From: an uncultured Bdellovibrio sp.
GTDB taxonomy: Bacteria; Bdellovibrionota; UBA1018
DNA: 64,000 bases
Direction of reading: 5' to 3'
Assembly (NCBI GenBank): GCA_964490895.1
Contig: CAZBEI010000116.1
Location: 14,639 to 78,638 of the forward strand
The position numbers and the translations under genes are program-made. Each line of letters opens with the position of its first letter. Position 1 is the stretch's first letter. The notes beneath the pieces were generated by a model. That model made no database searches. It had not been told where the DNA came from and worked only from the letters and a program-made list of their open reading frames with translations. Positions 25,714-35,044 of this stretch are shown here, piece after piece.

Positions 25714-26700
25714 ATGAATTTAAGCAAGTTTTATATTTTTTTATATTTTCTGTTCTGCATTGTTTTTGGATTGAGAGCCTTTTCAGCTCTACCCCCACAC
25801 TCTGCTGTAGCTCAATACGAATTTACTTACCATGTCACGGTGCCTCAACAAGAGGCCGGCGTAAAATCCATAAAAATGTGGATCCCTTTTCCGGCCGAAA
25901 ATCTCGAACAAAAAATTGTTTCGCATCTGATTTCTACCAATGTCCCTTATCAAATTACAAAAGAAGACAAGTTTGGAAATCGAATGTTTTTTTTATCCGT
26001 CAACACCCAGAACACCTTCCCCATTCAATTCGAAGCGGTCTATAAAATTGAGAGAAAAGAGGCGCTCTCTTTAGGTCTCGATCAACTCGGGAGAGAACTC
26101 CATTGGAGCCCTGCGGAGTTTCTCAACATAGAAAAAAACACCCCTATCCGTGGTGTCATTGCAGAAATTGCCGAGAAAGAGACACAAGGACTCACTGAAA
26201 ACTCAGAAAAAATTAAAAAAATGTACCAATATATTGTCAAAACGATGTCTTATAGCAAAGAGGGCACAGGCTGGGGCAGAGGAGATGCCATCTGGGCCTG
26301 CAGCAACAAAAGAGGAAACTGCACTGATTTTCACTCCCTTTTCATAGGCATGGCTAGAAGTCAAAAAATTCCAGCTCGTTTTGAAATTGGATTCCCTATT
26401 CCGCCCCAAGGCGAGGGCAATGTCCCAGGCTACCACTGTTGGGCGAGAGCCTATTCTGAAAAAACAGGTTGGGTTCCAGTAGATGCAAGCGAAGCTAAAA
26501 AAACAGGTAAAATGCTCGAATACTTTGGTCACCTCCCCAATAACCGAATCCATTTTACAACAGGGAGAGACCTCGAACTCAATCCCAAGCAAGCAGGGGA
26601 ACCACTTAATTTTTTCATTTATCCCTACATGGAGTTAGACAACAAAGCTTCGGAGAACTTCAAAAAAGAATTTTTTGTAAAAACTTTGACAAAATCGTGA
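25714..26700 (+). CDS. Secreted transglutaminase-like (cysteine protease fold) domain protein
   Basis: Signal peptide. Catalytic-core-like WACSNKRGNCTDFHSLFIGMARS (Cys...His) followed by Asp-containing VDASE. Confidence 0.55.
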   Translation: MNLSKFYIFLYFLFCIVFGLRAFSALPPHSAVAQYEFTYHVTVPQQEAGVKSIKMWIPFPAENLEQKIVSHLISTNVPYQITKEDKFGNRMFFLSVNTQNTFPIQFEAVYKIERKEALSLGLDQLGRELHWSPAEFLNIEKNTPIRGVIAEIAEKETQGLTENSEKIKKMYQYIVKTMSYSKEGTGWGRGDAIWACSNKRGNCTDFHSLFIGMARSQKIPARFEIGFPIPPQGEGNVPGYHCWARAYSEKTGWVPVDASEAKKTGKMLEYFGHLPNNRIHFTTGRDLELNPKQAGEPLNFFIYPYMELDNKASENFKKEFFVKTLTKS

Positions 26701-26762
26701 TAACTTTCTTGCAGCGAGTAACATTGTTTATATAGATTCTACTCAGAAAGGCTCTAGCACCT

Positions 26763-27566
26763 ATGGCCATCACACACTCTTTGGACAAACAAGCTTCTTA
26801 TGGCGAAACACTTCGCCAAGATTTTTGGTGGATTCAGCCTATTGCTGTTTTTTGTGGGTTATCTGCCTTTATTCTTTATTCTACTTGGGCAGCATTTCAG
26901 GGAAATCATTATCACTTTGGCCCCTACCTTTCGCCCTTTTACTCTCCTGAGATTTTTGGAGACTCCCCTCACAGCTGGTTTGGACCTAAACCCAGCCTGT
27001 TTCCGCAGTGGGCTCCTTGGTCACCTGCATTTTTAATTCTCTGGATCCCTGCTAGCTTTAGACTGACTTGTTACTATTACCGTGGAGCCTATTACAAGGC
27101 CTTTTGGGCTGATCCTCCAAACTGTGCTGTGGGTGAACCTCGCAAATCTTATCTAGGAGAGCAAACGCTCCCCCTGATTTTACAAAACCTGCACCGATAT
27201 TTCTTTTATTTGGCTGCGATTTTTATTCTTTTTTTATTTCACGACGCTTGGACAGCCCTCTGGTTTACAAATCCGGCTACAGGACTGAAAACTTTTGGAA
27301 TTGGAGTTGGGACTTTGGTGCTGACGATCAATGCCATTCTTTTGGGGGGTTACACCTTTGGATGCCATTGTTTTAGGCATTTTGCTGGAGGATCTTTAGA
27401 CGAAATCTCTAAAAAACCCATCCGCCATAAAGTTTATGAGGGTGCCAGTTGTTTAAATCGACGGCACATGCTTTGGGCTTGGATGAGCCTTTGTTGGGTA
27501 GGTTTTTCGGATATTTACATCCGGCTCTGCTCAATGGGGATTTGGACAGATTGGAGACTTTTTTAA
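26763..27566 (+). CDS. sdhC: Succinate dehydrogenase/fumarate reductase cytochrome b membrane subunit (B. subtilis-type)
   Basis: Multi-TM 267-aa protein with His-containing helices, directly preceding sdhA (1-nt gap). Confidence 0.7.
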   Translation: MAITHSLDKQASYGETLRQDFWWIQPIAVFCGLSAFILYSTWAAFQGNHYHFGPYLSPFYSPEIFGDSPHSWFGPKPSLFPQWAPWSPAFLILWIPASFRLTCYYYRGAYYKAFWADPPNCAVGEPRKSYLGEQTLPLILQNLHRYFFYLAAIFILFLFHDAWTALWFTNPATGLKTFGIGVGTLVLTINAILLGGYTFGCHCFRHFAGGSLDEISKKPIRHKVYEGASCLNRRHMLWAWMSLCWVGFSDIYIRLCSMGIWTDWRLF

Positions 27567-27567
27567 T

Positions 27568-29382
27568 ATGTCAAATGAGCAAACTTTTTCCCATGACGTT
27601 TTAGTCATTGGTGCGGGTGGAGCAGGCCTGAGAGCCGCCATCGAAGCCGCTCAAATGGGTCTCTCTGTTGGACTGATCTGCAAATCTCTTTTAGGAAAAG
27701 CCCACACCGTAATGGCAGAAGGCGGGGTCGCTGCCGCACTTGCCAATGTGGATGATCGAGATAGTTGGAGTGTTCATTTTGCCGACACCATGAGGGGGGG
27801 ACAATACCTCAACAATTGGCGGATGGCAGAGCTGCATGCCAAAGAAGCTCCCGATCGAGTGCGGGAACTCGAAGCTTGGGGAGCAGTTTTTGATCGCACT
27901 CCAGATGGTAAAATCCTGCAGCGAAATTTTGGAGGCCACAAATACCCTCGGCTTGCCCACGTAGGGGATCGCACGGGATTAGAAATGATTCGAACGCTCC
28001 AAGATCACGCCATCCATCAAGGCATCGAAGTCTATATGGAGCAAACCGTGATTCAACTCTTCAAAGATGGTGATCGGATTTCTGGAGCCTTGGCCTATGA
28101 TCGAGAGAGAGGACAGTTCAAAATTTTTAATGCCAAAGCCATTGTGCTAGCCACTGGAGGCATTGGGAGATCCTTCAAAATCACAAGCAATAGTTGGGAG
28201 TATACAGGAGACGGCCATGCGCTGGCCTATCACGTGGGTGCGTCCCTTATAGATATGGAGTTTGTGCAATTTCACCCCACCGGAATGGTCTGGCCTCCCA
28301 GTGTGCGTGGCATTTTAGTGACTGAGGGAGTGCGTGGAGAAGGTGGGATCTTAAAAAATAAAGACGGCAAACGATTTATGTTTGATGACATTCCTGAAAA
28401 TTATAAAAATCAAACTGCCGACAACCCAGAGGAAGGCTGGCGCTACGTCTTAGGGGATAAAAACGCAAAACGGCCCCCAGAGCTGCTCACCCGTGATCAT
28501 GTTGCGCGATGTATTATGAGGGAAGTTAGGGCAGGAAGAGGCTCTCCCCATGGTGGTGTATTTTTAGACATTGCCTGGATCAAAGAAAAGATTTCAAACT
28601 CCGAAGAACATATTAAAAAGAAACTCCCCAGCATGTACCACCAGTTTAAACAGCTGGCCAATATCGACATCACCAAAGAACCCATGGAAGTCGGCCCCAC
28701 TACACACTACATCATGGGAGGGATTTTAGTAGATGGAGACACGCAAATGACTAGCCTGCCTGGACTTTTTGCCGCTGGTGAGTGTGCTGGAGGCCTTCAC
28801 GGAGCCAATCGCCTCGGAGGAAATTCGCTTTCAGACCTCTTGGTCTTTGGAAAACGTGCCGGAGAATATGCCGCAAAATATGCGCTCGAAGTTTCGCATG
28901 GGAAAATGAATGTACAGGAAATTGACGAAACAACCAAAAAAGCCCTAGAACCTTTTGGGAGAACTACTCAGTCCACAGGTCCCTATCAAATTCAACAAAA
29001 ACTCCAAGATATGATGCAAGACGGAGTTGGCATTGTCCGGTCAGACGCAGAGATGAAAAAATCCTTAGAGAGCGTTCTAAACTTTAGAAATAATCTTGAA
29101 CAGATCTCTGTCGATGGAAACAGAGAATACAACGCAGGTTGGCATACCGCATTAGATCTCAATAACCTCTTAACCGTTTCCGAAGCCATCACTCGAGCGG
29201 CCATTGAGAGAAAAGAAAGTAGAGGGGGACACTTTAGAGAAGATTATCCCAACAAAGTAGATTTGTTTGGTAAAATTAATTTAGTGATTCAAAAAGGAAA
29301 AAACGGAGAGATGCAAGTGATACAAAAAGCCATTCCTGAGATGCGTCAAGACTTAAAAAAAGTGATTGAGGAGATGAAATAG
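27568..29382 (+). CDS. sdhA: Succinate dehydrogenase flavoprotein subunit
   Basis: VLVIGAGGAGLRAAIEAA FAD-binding N-terminus; RGGQY, HYIMGGI, GECAGG and NRLGGNSL motifs. Confidence 0.9.
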   Translation: MSNEQTFSHDVLVIGAGGAGLRAAIEAAQMGLSVGLICKSLLGKAHTVMAEGGVAAALANVDDRDSWSVHFADTMRGGQYLNNWRMAELHAKEAPDRVRELEAWGAVFDRTPDGKILQRNFGGHKYPRLAHVGDRTGLEMIRTLQDHAIHQGIEVYMEQTVIQLFKDGDRISGALAYDRERGQFKIFNAKAIVLATGGIGRSFKITSNSWEYTGDGHALAYHVGASLIDMEFVQFHPTGMVWPPSVRGILVTEGVRGEGGILKNKDGKRFMFDDIPENYKNQTADNPEEGWRYVLGDKNAKRPPELLTRDHVARCIMREVRAGRGSPHGGVFLDIAWIKEKISNSEEHIKKKLPSMYHQFKQLANIDITKEPMEVGPTTHYIMGGILVDGDTQMTSLPGLFAAGECAGGLHGANRLGGNSLSDLLVFGKRAGEYAAKYALEVSHGKMNVQEIDETTKKALEPFGRTTQSTGPYQIQQKLQDMMQDGVGIVRSDAEMKKSLESVLNFRNNLEQISVDGNREYNAGWHTALDLNNLLTVSEAITRAAIERKESRGGHFREDYPNKVDLFGKINLVIQKGKNGEMQVIQKAIPEMRQDLKKVIEEMK

Positions 29383-30120
29383 ATGGAGGCAACTTTTAGA
29401 ATCTGGAGAGGCAACTCTGAAAAAGGAGATTTTCAGGATCTCACGACCTCTGTCACTGAGGGAATGGTGGTTTTAGATGCTGTTCATCAAATTCAGGCCG
29501 AAAAGGCAAATGACTTGGCTGTTCGCTGGAACTGCAAAGCTGGGAAGTGTGGATCTTGCTCAGCTGAGGTCAATGGAATGCCTAAACTCATGTGCATGAC
29601 CAGGCTGAGTGATTTGGATTTGTCCAAACCCGTCACCCTCACACCCATGAGAGCTTTTCCAAAAATTAAAGACCTCGTCACGGATGTCTCTTGGAATTTT
29701 AGAGTGAAAAAGAAAATTAAAAAATTTACTCCACGTCCTCCAGACGCCCAGGATGGAACCTGGCGCATGCAACAGACCGACATCGACCGTGTGCAAGAAT
29801 TTAGAAAATGCATTGAGTGTTTTTTATGTCAAGACGTCTGCCACGTGCTTCGAGATCATCACAAACACGAAGAATTTATTGGACCCCGTTTTTTAGTCTA
29901 TACAGCAGCTCTCGAGATGCATCCCTTAGATACTTTGGATCGCCGCGAAGAACTCAAAAAAACTCAGGGCATCGGTTACTGCAATATCACAAAGTGCTGC
30001 ACCAAAGTTTGTCCAGAAAATATCCAGATTACAGACAATGCAATTATCCCACTCAAAGAACGAGTTGCGGATCAGTTTTATGACCCTGTGCACAAGATTT
30101 TAGACTTCATTAGAAAATAA
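29383..30120 (+). CDS. sdhB: Succinate dehydrogenase iron-sulfur subunit
   Basis: Cys clusters CKAGKCGSCSAEVNG, CIECFLCQDVC and CNITKCCTKVCP. Start ATG overlaps the sdhA stop. Confidence 0.85.
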   Translation: MEATFRIWRGNSEKGDFQDLTTSVTEGMVVLDAVHQIQAEKANDLAVRWNCKAGKCGSCSAEVNGMPKLMCMTRLSDLDLSKPVTLTPMRAFPKIKDLVTDVSWNFRVKKKIKKFTPRPPDAQDGTWRMQQTDIDRVQEFRKCIECFLCQDVCHVLRDHHKHEEFIGPRFLVYTAALEMHPLDTLDRREELKKTQGIGYCNITKCCTKVCPENIQITDNAIIPLKERVADQFYDPVHKILDFIRK

Positions 30121-30122
30121 AC

Positions 30123-30593
30123 TCAGGCTGCCTCTTTTGTAACAACCTTCATATCCACACGATAACCTAGAACGGCTAACAGGCGCAGCATTTCGTCTAC
30201 AGATTTCTTATAGTTTGCAGGATCTAGCAAGCGATAGAGCTGGCTTGGAGAAGTTTTGAGTTGACGAATGACTTCGTGCTTACTTAGCCCAGCATGTTTA
30301 AGTAATCCAAGCGCTTCCAGGGTAAGTTGATGAAGGGCCATGTCCCTCAAAAAACCAGGATCTTGGTTGTAATCCAAGAAAGCATCCAAATGGACAGAGC
30401 CCTCTCTGCCTGAACTCAGGATATAGGTAACCGCCCTGTAACCAAGTTCTGAATCTACATAGGCAGTTTTGATCTTGTCTTTGGCAGAAGGCTTTAGGCG
30501 AAGGCGGGAAAACGGCAAGCTCAGGGTTCCTTTAAAAATTCCAATCTCTAAAGTTTTCTTCCGAGAGTTCACTGAAACACAATAAATTTTCAT
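30123..30593 (-). CDS. DUF2442-like protein fused to a C-terminal XRE-type HTH
   Basis: N-terminus MKIYCVSVNSRKKTLEIGIFKGT fits DUF2442. C-terminus GLSKHEVIRQLKTSPSQLYRLL is HTH-like. 4-nt overlap with the upstream DUF4160 gene. Confidence 0.45.
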   Translation of the reverse strand: MKIYCVSVNSRKKTLEIGIFKGTLSLPFSRLRLKPSAKDKIKTAYVDSELGYRAVTYILSSGREGSVHLDAFLDYNQDPGFLRDMALHQLTLEALGLLKHAGLSKHEVIRQLKTSPSQLYRLLDPANYKKSVDEMLRLLAVLGYRVDMKVVTKEAA

Positions 30594-30790
30594 AGCTTTC
30601 CCTCTTTTACAAGGCCATTAAGCAATTTCAAAATCTTGTCATTAATGGCTCCGCTCATCAGAACCCGGGCTTCTAAGTTCCACTTAGCCACTTCTTTGCC
30701 ATCTCTAAAAACATGAACATGTCGTGGGTCATGATCTCCTTTATAAGTGATAAATATATAACCACCGCGACGTAGTTTTCCCATTTTCAT
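30590..30790 (-). CDS. DUF4160-family small protein
   Basis: GGYIFITYKGDHDPRHVHVFRDGKEVAKWNL matches the DUF4160 signature (..yfnDH.PpHfHv...g.ea...i). Confidence 0.55.
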   Translation of the reverse strand: MKMGKLRRGGYIFITYKGDHDPRHVHVFRDGKEVAKWNLEARVLMSGAINDKILKLLNGLVKEGKL

Positions 30791-30793
30791 TAG

Positions 30794-30815
30794 ATATTAC
30801 CACACAAGGTAATAT
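30794..30815. promoter_or_regulatory. Perfect 8-bp-arm inverted repeat ATATTACC-N6-GGTAATAT immediately upstream of the DUF4160 gene; candidate operator
   Basis: Sequence atattaccacacaaggtaatat read directly, 4-25 nt upstream of the minus-strand start. Confidence 0.3.
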
Positions 30816-30827
30816 ATATAAAGAAAT

Positions 30828-31487
30828 TTATTTGCTTTTCTTTTTAAATCCAAATAAGATTGTAATAAGCATTGTCCCCCAGAAAATCAAAAATGCCGGT
30901 GCTTGGGGTGAGTGAAAATTAAGATAAGAAAGCTCTAATCCCTCTAGAATCACTTTCACCCCAATTAAAAAAATAAGGTGATAAGCCGTGTCTTCGAACG
31001 CTGGGAATTTCTCTAAAACATTAATAAACCCGCTGGCTGCAAAGCGCATGATGACAATTCCTAGCACTCCTCCTGTAAAAATAACCCAAAACTTAGGGGT
31101 CAGTGCTACGGCCGCTAAAATAGAATCCAGCGCAAAAGCAATGTCGGTGAGCTCTATGGCTAAAATGGTTTTCCAAAAATGGCGAGATGACTGTGTTGGT
31201 TTTTCTGCCTCCTTTTTTTTGGGAATAAAATGTTGAGCAGCGATAAAAAGGAGGTAGGCTCCGCCTACAAACTTGACCCAGTGCCAGCGCAAAAGCTGAC
31301 TGATCAAACCCAAAGCTAAGAATCTAAATCCAATGGCTCCTACAAGCCCATAGGTAAGCGCTTTGCGTCTTTGCTCTTTGGGCAAACCCTTGGCCAAAAG
31401 AGCAAGCACGAGGGCATTGTCGATCGAAAGGATGCCCTCTAAGAAAACCAGAAGTAAAATGAGAACAAGATCGCCGGAGGTGAACAT
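30828..31487 (-). CDS. TerC-family integral membrane protein
   Basis: LEGILSIDNALVLALLA motif and about 7 TM segments. 219 aa. Confidence 0.7.
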   Translation of the reverse strand: MFTSGDLVLILLLVFLEGILSIDNALVLALLAKGLPKEQRRKALTYGLVGAIGFRFLALGLISQLLRWHWVKFVGGAYLLFIAAQHFIPKKKEAEKPTQSSRHFWKTILAIELTDIAFALDSILAAVALTPKFWVIFTGGVLGIVIMRFAASGFINVLEKFPAFEDTAYHLIFLIGVKVILEGLELSYLNFHSPQAPAFLIFWGTMLITILFGFKKKSK

Positions 31488-31517
31488 AGCCCACTATAAC
31501 GGAAGAGTTAGAAAAAA

Positions 31518-32813
31518 TCATTCGATTCGTTCAGAGGCAGTATCCCACAGTATGCCTATTGTTTTATCATTTGAAAGTAGGCTTTGAATTTTTTCATCGT
31601 ACAATAAGACCTCCTCGCTGTAGAGAGCATGGTGCTTTTCTAGGTACCTGTTTTTATTATTGGGATCTTTTTTTAACCATTCATCAAAAAGCTCGGCGTC
31701 AGATTTTGAAAATTTTTGAGTATAAGCAAACATGCTTGCAGGGTCAGGTGGATTACTTTTAAACTCTGCTTTTAATTCGTTCAAATAAAAGTCTGACATT
31801 TTATGATTGAGGACGAGGTCTGCCTTTTCGGCCAGTTGCATAAAATTAAAATAATCAGTCTCGTTTTTTGGAGGTAAGTGTAGGATTTTACTATACAAAT
31901 CTAATGCCAACAATTTTAGCATTTCTATCTCAGCAGGGCTACATTTTTTGCAATTATCGTAAAGGGTTTTTAAAAGTGCTGTTTGCACTCCATATCCCCC
32001 GTTCAGACTAATATCACAGACATCCATCCCTCTATAGTCATTATCCATTGGACAATTCGTGTGGTGAAAAGCTAAACTTTTTTTATTCCCATCGCTGTGC
32101 CTTGCTTCATGAAATAAGCTAGAAAGTCTCAAAATACTATTTGCCTCTGACTTTAAATTTCCATTAGATAAATCTACACTGGTGAGGTCTGGATCCACAA
32201 AAACAACTCCCACCCTAGGAGAAGAAATGTCAACCATCGAACTGTTTCTCAATTGGAGAGAAACACGCTTTTGATTCTTTTTTCCATACAAATAATACCA
32301 ACTTCCAGAATTTTTAAATAAAAATATTCCGCTTTCTTTTGTTAAAATCTTCTTATAGAAGTCCGAGGGACTGGGCTCTCGGCTGAGAACTCTGCGATTT
32401 ATTCTCTCTAGAAAAACGAAAACTGGAAAATCATGGTTTGGATATTTATAGAAATTTTCTGCATTAACCTTTGTATTACCATCTTGAGTCGTAATGATCT
32501 TGACTCTTTCATAAAGCCAGTTTTCTAGAAGAAAAATCGCGAACAATCCTGAGCTATCAGGTGTTAATTTAAAGTCAGGATGTTTTTTAAAATCAAATTC
32601 AAAAAGCGGCAACAACTCAGGGTCAAAAGTTTTAAACTGAAAGTTTTTTAGGACTTCCAGATCATATTTAATGAGCTCTTCAAGTGGTTTTTCTTGGTCT
32701 GTGGTGTCAAAGTAGAATCCTTTATTTTGTCCAGTTTTTTGGTTGGGACAATTGGATCCAAGTGACCCTAAAGAATAAATAGCTAAAATGAGATAAAGTT
32801 TTTTTTTATTCAT
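31518..32813 (-). CDS. Secreted hypothetical protein containing an HExxH motif (LSSLFHEARHSDG); possible zinc peptidase
   Basis: Signal peptide MNKKKLYLILAIYSLGSLGS. Single HEARH at about residue 225, followed by FHHTNCPMDND. Confidence 0.35.
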   Translation of the reverse strand: MNKKKLYLILAIYSLGSLGSNCPNQKTGQNKGFYFDTTDQEKPLEELIKYDLEVLKNFQFKTFDPELLPLFEFDFKKHPDFKLTPDSSGLFAIFLLENWLYERVKIITTQDGNTKVNAENFYKYPNHDFPVFVFLERINRRVLSREPSPSDFYKKILTKESGIFLFKNSGSWYYLYGKKNQKRVSLQLRNSSMVDISSPRVGVVFVDPDLTSVDLSNGNLKSEANSILRLSSLFHEARHSDGNKKSLAFHHTNCPMDNDYRGMDVCDISLNGGYGVQTALLKTLYDNCKKCSPAEIEMLKLLALDLYSKILHLPPKNETDYFNFMQLAEKADLVLNHKMSDFYLNELKAEFKSNPPDPASMFAYTQKFSKSDAELFDEWLKKDPNNKNRYLEKHHALYSEEVLLYDEKIQSLLSNDKTIGILWDTASERIE

Positions 32814-33394
32814 TTATTCTCTCTTATAAATTCGGCAACCGTGTTGATGCGCTGAAGATTTTTTTCGTCCATTTCAGAATCTATCACGCCACCTAATTTC
32901 TCAAAATTAAGTAAGCACAACGCCTTAATAGCTGTAAAGGTTTCAACTTTTTGTACGCACCTTTGATAAAACTCAAGACCTTTATTTTTATATTGTGGGT
33001 ACGCCGTTAAAACTTCAGCAATCTTGCCTAGCTTTTTGCCTGCTTCAATCAAAAGAGGGTTAAAGTGATGCAACTCTTGTGCTGAAAAGTTCTTTAGCTC
33101 TTCTATAGCAGGTAGTCCAAGCAATGTTTTTTCTATCCGTTCGACAAAATCAAACTCACTGAGCGTAGAATCTATGTCTGCAGTCGTTCTTAAATCAGTT
33201 GTTTTACTTCCAGTTAAGCCTGTTTTTTCAAAAACGAGTGGAGATTTTTCAAGTTTATTATTTTTTTTCAAAATCTGATAGCGAAGAAGGTCGTTTATGC
33301 TCCCCTCGTGAGAGGGTCGAAAGAACAGTAAACCAAGTGAGCAAATAAGGGCTACTGATACATAAATATGGGATTTCAAAAACCTATTAACCAC
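32810..33394 (-). CDS. Secreted hypothetical protein
   Basis: Signal peptide VSVALICSLGLLFF. 4-nt overlap with the downstream gene start. Confidence 0.35.
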   Translation of the reverse strand: MVNRFLKSHIYVSVALICSLGLLFFRPSHEGSINDLLRYQILKKNNKLEKSPLVFEKTGLTGSKTTDLRTTADIDSTLSEFDFVERIEKTLLGLPAIEELKNFSAQELHHFNPLLIEAGKKLGKIAEVLTAYPQYKNKGLEFYQRCVQKVETFTAIKALCLLNFEKLGGVIDSEMDEKNLQRINTVAEFIRENK

Positions 33395-33464
33395 AAAAAA
33401 AATAACCTCATTTCATACTGCGAATTAAATACGCCAAAATACTGCTAACACTTGCTACAAAAGG

Positions 33465-34370
33465 CTAATTCAAGGTGCGAATCCAGTCTTCATAATAGTT
33501 CACATAGTAGTCTGTAAAAAATTTTACTTCGTCAAACAGCTCATCGACTAATTCTTTGGGGTCGATTTTTGACAAAGTAAAAGCGAGCGAAAATTTATTA
33601 TCTAAATATTTGCCCGCAGAATCTTTGATGGCATCAACCTCTTTAGAATTGGATTTCAGCTTTAATTTATAATTTAAGGATGTTTTTCCACTACAATTGG
33701 GGTCATTTGCTGTAACTATTGCTTTAGAATAAAAATCGGAAAGACCGTAGTTTTGACTCCCTTTTTTTATCATAGAATTTTTTAATTGATTATTCGTGAT
33801 AATTTTACATTCATGTTCAAACTTTGTTTTCGCTGTATCTAGCCATTGTGATGTACAATCTATATAAACTTCTGGAAGTGGGGGTGGAAAATCATCCCCC
33901 AAGGGCTGCAGCTTCACATGCACAAAAGCTTCTGTATCTTGCTCTGCCAATTTATTTAAATCAGTCTCTGGATTTTTAGAAATATGACTGCCACTACTCA
34001 CCACAAAAGAAGACCGAGATTCAATCATCTTCAACATTTGCATTTGATCAAATTCCATTTTTTTTAATTCTGAGTTCAGAAGTCCTACAATTCTTGTAAA
34101 AAGATATTTTGCCGTTTCTCCTCGTTTTGACTTTTCTATGATCTTTGGAAAAAGAGGAATCACATCTTGCCTAAACACAGCGCCTTTTGTTTTATGATAA
34201 GCATCATAATCAATAATAGAAGCATAAGCTTTTGCTGCTGTAGCTCCGACACATACAGGCGGACTTTTTGGCATAATTGCTGGAATATCCGCCGCAAACA
34301 CAAACCCATGAACAAATAAGAGTAAGCCCAAAAAAAACTTATTCACTGAGATCTCGTTGCTGTAGATCAA
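33465..34370 (-). CDS. Secreted hypothetical protein
   Basis: Signal peptide FFLGLLLFVHGFVFAA. 301 aa. Confidence 0.35.
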   Translation of the reverse strand: MIYSNEISVNKFFLGLLLFVHGFVFAADIPAIMPKSPPVCVGATAAKAYASIIDYDAYHKTKGAVFRQDVIPLFPKIIEKSKRGETAKYLFTRIVGLLNSELKKMEFDQMQMLKMIESRSSFVVSSGSHISKNPETDLNKLAEQDTEAFVHVKLQPLGDDFPPPLPEVYIDCTSQWLDTAKTKFEHECKIITNNQLKNSMIKKGSQNYGLSDFYSKAIVTANDPNCSGKTSLNYKLKLKSNSKEVDAIKDSAGKYLDNKFSLAFTLSKIDPKELVDELFDEVKFFTDYYVNYYEDWIRTLN

Positions 34371-34986
34371 TGGTACTAGGTTGGGCTTTGTTTTTATAAG
34401 ATGGAGCTTGTATCAAAGCTGGGACTTTAATCAAGTCATCATCTGACCCCATACTCTCTGAACAAAGGTCCTCTGAATGCTCGGTCTGCTGTTTTTGATC
34501 GCATGAACCCTCCTCTTGAGGTTGACTCTTCGGCGATGACTTTATACCATCAAAAGGACCCTGACTATCTGAAGTGGTCTTTGGTGGATTTGCTTCAGTT
34601 TTCTTATCTTTTGCTTCTTTTTCTTCTTTAGCTTCTTTTGCTTCTTTAAATACTTCATTGATATTATCTGCTGCATCCAAAAGTTTGTTCATTAACTTAA
34701 TCAATGGGCCCTTAAGCTCTGGATCACTCACTGTATCTACGAGCTTTTTTATACTTTCTTTCATTTGTGCAAGCTCCTCAGTCAAAGCCTTGAGGCGTTC
34801 TTTGTTGGCTTCTTCCGCTGCACTTGCAATTTTTTCTGAATTTTTATCCATCGACTCTAAATGCTCATTTGTTTCTCTTAGACAACCTGGCTGCAAGAGC
34901 ATGAAAACAAAAGAAAAAACCCCTGCTCTCATTTTTACATTTTTGTTTAACTTTAAAAAAAAAGAGACCAAAAAAACACCCTCCAC
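34339..34986 (-). CDS. Secreted Lys/Glu-rich coiled-coil hypothetical protein
   Basis: Signal peptide MRAGVFSFVFMLLQ, then a long K/E-rich predicted helix. The antisense 144-aa ORF (34574-35008) is low-complexity and was rejected. Confidence 0.35.
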   Translation of the reverse strand: MEGVFLVSFFLKLNKNVKMRAGVFSFVFMLLQPGCLRETNEHLESMDKNSEKIASAAEEANKERLKALTEELAQMKESIKKLVDTVSDPELKGPLIKLMNKLLDAADNINEVFKEAKEAKEEKEAKDKKTEANPPKTTSDSQGPFDGIKSSPKSQPQEEGSCDQKQQTEHSEDLCSESMGSDDDLIKVPALIQAPSYKNKAQPSTIDLQQRDLSE

Positions 34987-35044
34987 TTCAAAGATCTGGA
35001 ACGGATAACACGCAGCATCAATTTAATCAAGAATAAAGTGTGGT

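Noticed and set aside
31488-31517. yybP-ykoY (Mn) riboswitch expected upstream of a TerC-family gene
   Set aside because: Only 30 nt separate terC from the upstream gene's stop, so there is no room for the element.
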